Shown here: in pieces, positions 58,041 to 64,000 of the stretch
How positions within the stretch are numbered: the stretch's first letter is position 1
Layout of the letters: each line of letters opens with the position of its first letter
Origin: a bacterium
GTDB lineage: Bacteria > Oederibacteriota > JAJYGY01 > DAIDJD01
NCBI GenBank assembly: GCA_035485275.1
Contig: DATHOE010000019.1
Location: 27,373-91,372, forward strand
Direction of reading: 5' to 3'
DNA length: 64,000 nucleotides
The notes under the pieces: generated by a model
Database searches by the model: none
What the model saw: the letters and a program-made list of their open reading frames with translations, nothing else
What the model was told of the DNA's origin: nothing
Made by a program: the position numbers and the translations under genes

Positions 58041-59269
<1,229 letters not shown>

Positions 59270-59273
<4 letters not shown>

Positions 59274-59764
59274 GCCTGATCACGCCCGAATTGAAGGCGC
59301 GTTTCGACGCGGTGGTGGCCCGCTATCCCAAGGGCCAGGAGCAGAGCGCGGTCATCCCGCTGCTGCACGCCATGCAGGAGCTCGGCGGGGGGCACCTGAC
59401 CCAGGAGCACCAGCAGGCCGTGGCGGACTTCCTGAACCTGCCCATGTCCAAGGTGCACGAAGTCACCACCTTCTACACCATGTTCAGCCTCAAGCCCCGC
59501 GGCCGCCAGCACCTGAGCGTGTGCCGCACGCTGCCCTGCGCCCTGTGCGGGTCCGAGGACGTGACCAAGGCCCTGAGCGCCCGCCTCGGCGTCGGCCCGG
59601 GCGAGGTCACCGCGGACGGGGAATTCAGCTACGAAGAGGTGGAGTGCCTGGCGCAGTGCCACCTGGGCCCGGTCCTGCAGGTGGGGGACACGGTCTACGG
59701 CGACCTGACCCCGGACAGCACGCGCTCCCTCATCGACACCCTGTCCAAGAAGGGAAGGCCCTAA
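59270..59764 (+). CDS. nuoE: NADH-quinone oxidoreductase subunit E
   Basis: The ATG overlaps the nuoD stop (ATGA). The 2Fe-2S ligand pattern is CRTLPCALCG ... CLAQCHLGP. Confidence 0.93.
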
Positions 59765-59768
59765 AGCC

Positions 59769-61070
59769 ATGGAAGCCTGCCCCCTCTACCTCACCAAGAA
59801 TTTCAAGAACCCGGCGGCCCTGACCTTCGACGGTTACGTGGCCTCGGGCGGCTATGTCGCCTTGAAGAAGGCGCTGTCCATGCAGCCCCAGGAGATCATC
59901 GACCTGGTCAAGGCCGGCAACCTGCGCGGACGCGGCGGGGCCGGTTTCCCTGCCGGAGTGAAGTGGGGCTTCCTGGGCAAGACCGAGGGGCCCAAGTACC
60001 TCTGCGTCAACGCCGACGAGGGCGAGCCGGGCACGGTCAAGGACGGCCCCCTGATGGAGTTCGACCCCCATCAGATGATCGAGGGCATCGCCATCGCCTG
60101 CTTCGCGCTGGGCATCAAGTGGTGCTACATCTACATCCGCGGGGAATTCTACAAGGCCCACCGCATCGTGCAGAAGGCCGTGGACGAGGCCTACGCCAAG
60201 GGCGTGCTCGGCCCCAAGGTGATGGGCTCGGGCTTCCAGCTCGACGTGGCCCTGCACCCCGGCGGCGGCGCCTACATCTGCGGCGAGGAGACCGGCCTGC
60301 TCTCGAGCCTGGAGGGCAAGAAGGGCTTCCCCAAGCTGAAGCCGCCTTTCCCGGCCCTGAAGGGCCTCTACGGCGCCCCCACCATCGTCAACAACGTCGA
60401 GACCCTGGCCTGCGTGCCCCACATCATCAACCTGGGCGCGGAGGCCTGGAACGCGCTGGGCACGGAGAAGAACGGCGGGACCAAGATGTACAACGTCTGC
60501 GGCCACGTCATGAAGCCCGGCTACTACGAGACGCGCCACAGCATCACCCTGCGCGAGCTCATCTACGACGTCTGCGGCGGCATGAAGCCCGGCCGCACCC
60601 TCAAGGGCGTGGTCCCGGGCGGCTCCTCCAGCCCCATCCTGCTGCCCTCCGAGATCGACGTGCGGATGGACTTCGACAGCCTGGGCAAGGCCGGCACCAT
60701 GCTGGGCTCCGCCGCCGTCATCGTCATGGACGACCGCACCAGCATCGTGCGGGCCCTGGACAACCTGCTGCACTTCTACAGCCACGAGTCCTGCGGGCAG
60801 TGCACGCCCTGCCGCGAGGGCACGCACTGGCTCTACCTGATCAGCCAGCGCATCGTCAACGGCGAGGGCAAGGCCGGCGACGTGGACCGCATGCTGGACA
60901 TCTGCAACAACATGGTCGGCAACACCATCTGCGTGCTGGCCGACGCGGCGGCCCTGCCGACCCAGAGCTACATCAAGAAGTACCGGGCCGAATTCGACGC
61001 CTATGTCCTCGACGGCGGGCGCGTCGGCCTGCTCGGAAACCGCGAAGAGAAGGCGGCCGCCCATGCCTAA
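59769..61070 (+). CDS. nuoF: NADH-quinone oxidoreductase subunit F
   Basis: Motifs GRGGAGFP, NADEGEPG and ESCGQCTPCREG. Confidence 0.96.
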   Translation: MEACPLYLTKNFKNPAALTFDGYVASGGYVALKKALSMQPQEIIDLVKAGNLRGRGGAGFPAGVKWGFLGKTEGPKYLCVNADEGEPGTVKDGPLMEFDPHQMIEGIAIACFALGIKWCYIYIRGEFYKAHRIVQKAVDEAYAKGVLGPKVMGSGFQLDVALHPGGGAYICGEETGLLSSLEGKKGFPKLKPPFPALKGLYGAPTIVNNVETLACVPHIINLGAEAWNALGTEKNGGTKMYNVCGHVMKPGYYETRHSITLRELIYDVCGGMKPGRTLKGVVPGGSSSPILLPSEIDVRMDFDSLGKAGTMLGSAAVIVMDDRTSIVRALDNLLHFYSHESCGQCTPCREGTHWLYLISQRIVNGEGKAGDVDRMLDICNNMVGNTICVLADAAALPTQSYIKKYRAEFDAYVLDGGRVGLLGNREEKAAAHA

Positions 61071-62658
61071 GCTGACGATCGACGGCAAGGAAATCGAGGT
61101 CCCCGCGGGGACCAACCTGATCGAGGCCGCCAAGACCATGGGCGCCGAGATCCCGCACTTCTGCTACCACCCGGGCCTGAGCGTCGCCGGCAACTGCCGC
61201 ATGTGCCTGGTGGAGATCGAGAAGGCCCCCAAGCTGCAGATCGCCTGCAACACGCCGGTGGCGGAGGGCATGGTCGTCATCACCACCAGCGAGAAGGTCA
61301 AGAAGGCGCGGGCCGGGGTGATGGAGTTCCTCCTGCTCAACCACCCCATCGACTGCCCCATCTGCGACTGCGCGGGCGAGTGCTACCTGCAGGACTACTA
61401 CATGGACCACGACCTCAAGGCCTCGCGCCTCGAGGAAGGGAAGACCAAAAAGCAGAAGGCCCAGCCCATCGGCGAGCACGTGATGCTCGACAAGGAGCGC
61501 TGCGTGCTGTGCTCCCGCTGCGTGCGCTTCACCGACGAGGTCAGCAAGACCTTCGAGCTGGGCATCTTCGGGCGCGGCAGCACCGAGGAGATCGGGCTGG
61601 CGCCGGGCAAGGTCCTGGACAACGCCTACAGCGGCTGCGTGGTGGACCTGTGCCCCGTGGGCGCCCTGACCGACCGCGACTTCCGCTTCAAGAGCCGGCC
61701 CTGGTTCCTCAAGGAGACTGAGACCGTCTGCACGGGCTGCTCCATGGGCTGCAACGTGGTGCTGGACACGAACACCAACCCCTACAACAAGGTGGGCGAG
61801 GCCCGCGCCTACCGGCTCTTCCCGCGCGAGAACAAGGCCGTCAACGGCTACTGGATGTGCGACGAGGGCCGCTACAGCCACAAGGCCATCGACCAGGGCC
61901 GCGCGCAGTCCGCGGCCCTCGAGGGCCGCACGGTCCCCCTGGAGAGCGCCCTGCACCGCCTGGCCGGGATCGCCGCCCCCCTGGTCAAGGCCGCGCCCGC
62001 CCGCGCCGCCTTCCTGCTCTCCCCCCAGCTGACCAACGAGGCCCTCTTCGCCTTCAAGCGCCTGGCCGCCTCCCTGGGCGTGGCCCAGGTGGAAGTCGGC
62101 GACGACCTCAAAGCCGTGGGCAAGGCTGACGGATACCTCATCCAGGCCGACAAGAACCCCAACAGCCGCGGCGCGCAGGACCTGGGCCTCGCGCCGCGCG
62201 CCGGCGTGCTGGGCGGCTCGGCCCTGCTGGCCTCGGCCGAAGCCGGGAATTTCGACGTCCTGGTGGTGGTGGGCCATGTCCTGCAGCCGCAGCGCCTGAA
62301 GGCCCTGGGAGCCAAGGTGAAGGCCCTGGTGGGCCTGCAGAGCCACGCGCACGAGGGCTCCGAAGCCTACGGCGTTCTGCTGCCCATGGCCGTGGCCGCC
62401 GAGCAGGACGGCAGCTTCACCAACCACCAGGGGCGCGTGCAGCGCAACCGCAAGGCCCTGGAGCCCCTGGGCGAGAGCCAGCCCGGCTACGCGCTGGCCC
62501 AGGCCCTGGGCCATGCCCTGGGCTCGCCCCAGGCGAAGGACACGCCTGCGGACCTGTTCCTCGGCTGGGCCAAGTCCCTGCCCCAGTCCGCCCATCTGAC
62601 CCTGGAAACGCTGGGAACCCAAGGCGCGGCCTCCGCCGCGTCCGCGGTCCCGGCCTGA
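61063..62658 (+). CDS. nuoG: NADH-quinone oxidoreductase subunit G (short form, 531 aa)
   Basis: Motifs CYHPGLSVAGNCRMCLVEI, HPIDCPICDCAGECYLQ and CVLCSRCVRF. The C-terminal molybdopterin-like region is short compared with the much longer E. coli subunit (as I recall it). Confidence 0.9.
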   Translation: MPKLTIDGKEIEVPAGTNLIEAAKTMGAEIPHFCYHPGLSVAGNCRMCLVEIEKAPKLQIACNTPVAEGMVVITTSEKVKKARAGVMEFLLLNHPIDCPICDCAGECYLQDYYMDHDLKASRLEEGKTKKQKAQPIGEHVMLDKERCVLCSRCVRFTDEVSKTFELGIFGRGSTEEIGLAPGKVLDNAYSGCVVDLCPVGALTDRDFRFKSRPWFLKETETVCTGCSMGCNVVLDTNTNPYNKVGEARAYRLFPRENKAVNGYWMCDEGRYSHKAIDQGRAQSAALEGRTVPLESALHRLAGIAAPLVKAAPARAAFLLSPQLTNEALFAFKRLAASLGVAQVEVGDDLKAVGKADGYLIQADKNPNSRGAQDLGLAPRAGVLGGSALLASAEAGNFDVLVVVGHVLQPQRLKALGAKVKALVGLQSHAHEGSEAYGVLLPMAVAAEQDGSFTNHQGRVQRNRKALEPLGESQPGYALAQALGHALGSPQAKDTPADLFLGWAKSLPQSAHLTLETLGTQGAASAASAVPA

Positions 62659-62669
62659 GCAGAAGAGAC

Positions 62670-63845
62670 ATGCCCGACCTGGATTCCTCCCTGGCCTTTT
62701 TGACGGCCCATCCATTCCTGATACAGCTGGCCGCGGCCCTGGTCAAAACCATCTTCATGATGACGGTGGTCATGCTCATCGGCGGCCTGATCCTGAGCTG
62801 GGTCGAGCGCAAGCAGTCCGCCATCATGCAGGACCGCATCGGCGCCAACCGCGCCTCGATCCTGGGCGTGCGGGCCATGGGCCTGATCCACAACCTGGCC
62901 GACGCGGCCAAGGGCGTGCTGAAGGAGGATTTCATCCCCCCCCAGGCCAACCCCTTCCTCCACACCCTGGCGCCCTTCCTGGCCGTCTGCACCGCGGTGG
63001 TGGCCTTCTCGGTCCTGCCCTTCGGCGGCGACGTCAGCATCCTGGGACAGCACATCCCCCTGACCATCGCGCCCCTGCCCGTGGGCATCCTGTTCGTCTG
63101 GGCCATGATGGGCATGGGCGTCTACGGCGTCATCCTGGCCGGCTACGTCAGCAACAACAAGTACTCCATGCTGGGCTGCCTGCGCGCCAGCGCCCAGGTC
63201 ATCAGCTACGAGGTGGCCACCGGCCTGACCATCCTGGGCGCGCTGGTCTTCTACCACAGCGTCGACCTGCGTGACATGGTGCAATGGCAGATGGTCCACA
63301 GCCTCAACCAGGTGCCGGGCTTAAGCTGGATGCCGGCCTGGGTCCCGGCCTGGGGTGTCTTCCTCCAGCCGGTGGGCTTCATCCTCTTCTTCACGGCCAC
63401 CATCGTGGAGATGAAGCGCATACCCTTCGACCTTCCCGAGGGCGAGAGCGAGATCATCGGCTACAGCATCGAGTACTCGGGCATGAAGTTCATGATCTTC
63501 ATGATGAGCGAGTTCGTGGAGAGCCTGCTCTTCGCCTGGGTCGTGGTCCTGATCTTCTTCGGCGGCTGGCACGTGCCCGGCCTGAGCCTGCCCGACCAGA
63601 TGGGCATGCCCGCCACCCTTGGCATCCTGGGCGTCCACTCCCTGCCCTATGCCGCCGGCGTGGCCCTGGAGACGGCGGCCATGGCCCTCAAGATCATCTT
63701 TTTCCTGTGGCTCCAGATGCTGGTGCGCTGGTCCCTGCCCCGCTTCCGCTATGACCAGATCATGCACCTCGGCTGGAAGATCATGCTGCCCCTGGCCCTC
63801 GTGAACCTGGTCGTCACGGCGGGCCTGTGCGTGCTTCTAAAGTAG
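62670..63845 (+). CDS. nuoH: NADH-quinone oxidoreductase subunit H
   Basis: Polytopic membrane protein with the motifs ERKQSAIMQDRIGANR, EGESEIIGYSIEYSGMKF and RWSLPRFRYDQ. Confidence 0.95.
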   Translation: MPDLDSSLAFLTAHPFLIQLAAALVKTIFMMTVVMLIGGLILSWVERKQSAIMQDRIGANRASILGVRAMGLIHNLADAAKGVLKEDFIPPQANPFLHTLAPFLAVCTAVVAFSVLPFGGDVSILGQHIPLTIAPLPVGILFVWAMMGMGVYGVILAGYVSNNKYSMLGCLRASAQVISYEVATGLTILGALVFYHSVDLRDMVQWQMVHSLNQVPGLSWMPAWVPAWGVFLQPVGFILFFTATIVEMKRIPFDLPEGESEIIGYSIEYSGMKFMIFMMSEFVESLLFAWVVVLIFFGGWHVPGLSLPDQMGMPATLGILGVHSLPYAAGVALETAAMALKIIFFLWLQMLVRWSLPRFRYDQIMHLGWKIMLPLALVNLVVTAGLCVLLK

Positions 63846-63853
63846 GGGGAGCG

Positions 63854-64000
63854 ATGGCCAAAGCCAAGATGACCTTCGTCGAGAGGCTCTACCTGCCCGA
63901 GATCGCCAAGGGGCTGGCCCTGACCTCGCGCCATTTCTTCCGCAACATGTGGTTCCACACCCTGGCCTCCCTGAAGCTGGGGCGCCGCAGCAAGGCCATG
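63854..64000 (+). CDS. nuoI: NADH-quinone oxidoreductase subunit I, N-terminal fragment (continues beyond the window)
   Basis: MAKAKMTFVERLYLPEIAKGLALTSRHFFRN matches the NuoI N-terminus. The frame is still open at nt 64000. Confidence 0.85.
   Translation, partial: MAKAKMTFVERLYLPEIAKGLALTSRHFFRNMWFHTLASLKLGRRSKAM

Overview
High-GC (roughly two-thirds G+C by eye) bacterial chromosomal window. It is gene-dense, with about 58 protein genes, almost all on the + strand, plus two tRNAs (Cys-GCA on +, Leu-CAA on -). The lineage cannot be assigned by eye; an LptE-like lipoprotein and a Wzy_C/O-antigen-ligase-like protein suggest a diderm. Recognisable housekeeping blocks, in order: two aldo/keto reductases; greA-pabB-pabC; leuS with an lptE-like gene; rpsT; an aspartate-family block (hom-thrC-TPR-ApgM-type kinase-lysC-cimA); murI; RidA and a ModF-like ABC ATPase; dnaA (alone on the - strand); a TCA block (mdh-sucC-sucD ... 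gltA); yceD-rpmF-plsX-fabH-fabD-fabG-acpP-fabF-rnc; and nuoB-C-D-E-F-G-H-I, which runs off the window. Accessory-looking parts: (i) a beta-helix CAZyme-like gene followed by a 1055-aa secreted protein made of four tandem CBM3-like modules with near-identical DNA repeats; (ii) a three-gene envelope operon (membrane beta-propeller-like protein, secreted protein with a long Pro/Thr/Ser tract, Wzy_C/TPR protein); (iii) a lower-GC islet next to dnaA with about 500 bp of AT-rich non-coding DNA; (iv) a lower-GC two-gene insert that splits the TCA block; (v) an operon of a TPR/Pro-Ala-rich/coiled-coil scaffold, an ExeA-like AAA ATPase and SppA, followed by a polytopic-membrane/PD40 fusion protein. I found no CRISPR array, transposase, integrase or recognisable defence genes. 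The many long alternate-frame and antisense ORFs in the track are high-GC artefacts. All function calls come from motif recognition by eye. Promoter and terminator calls are sequence-pattern inferences only.
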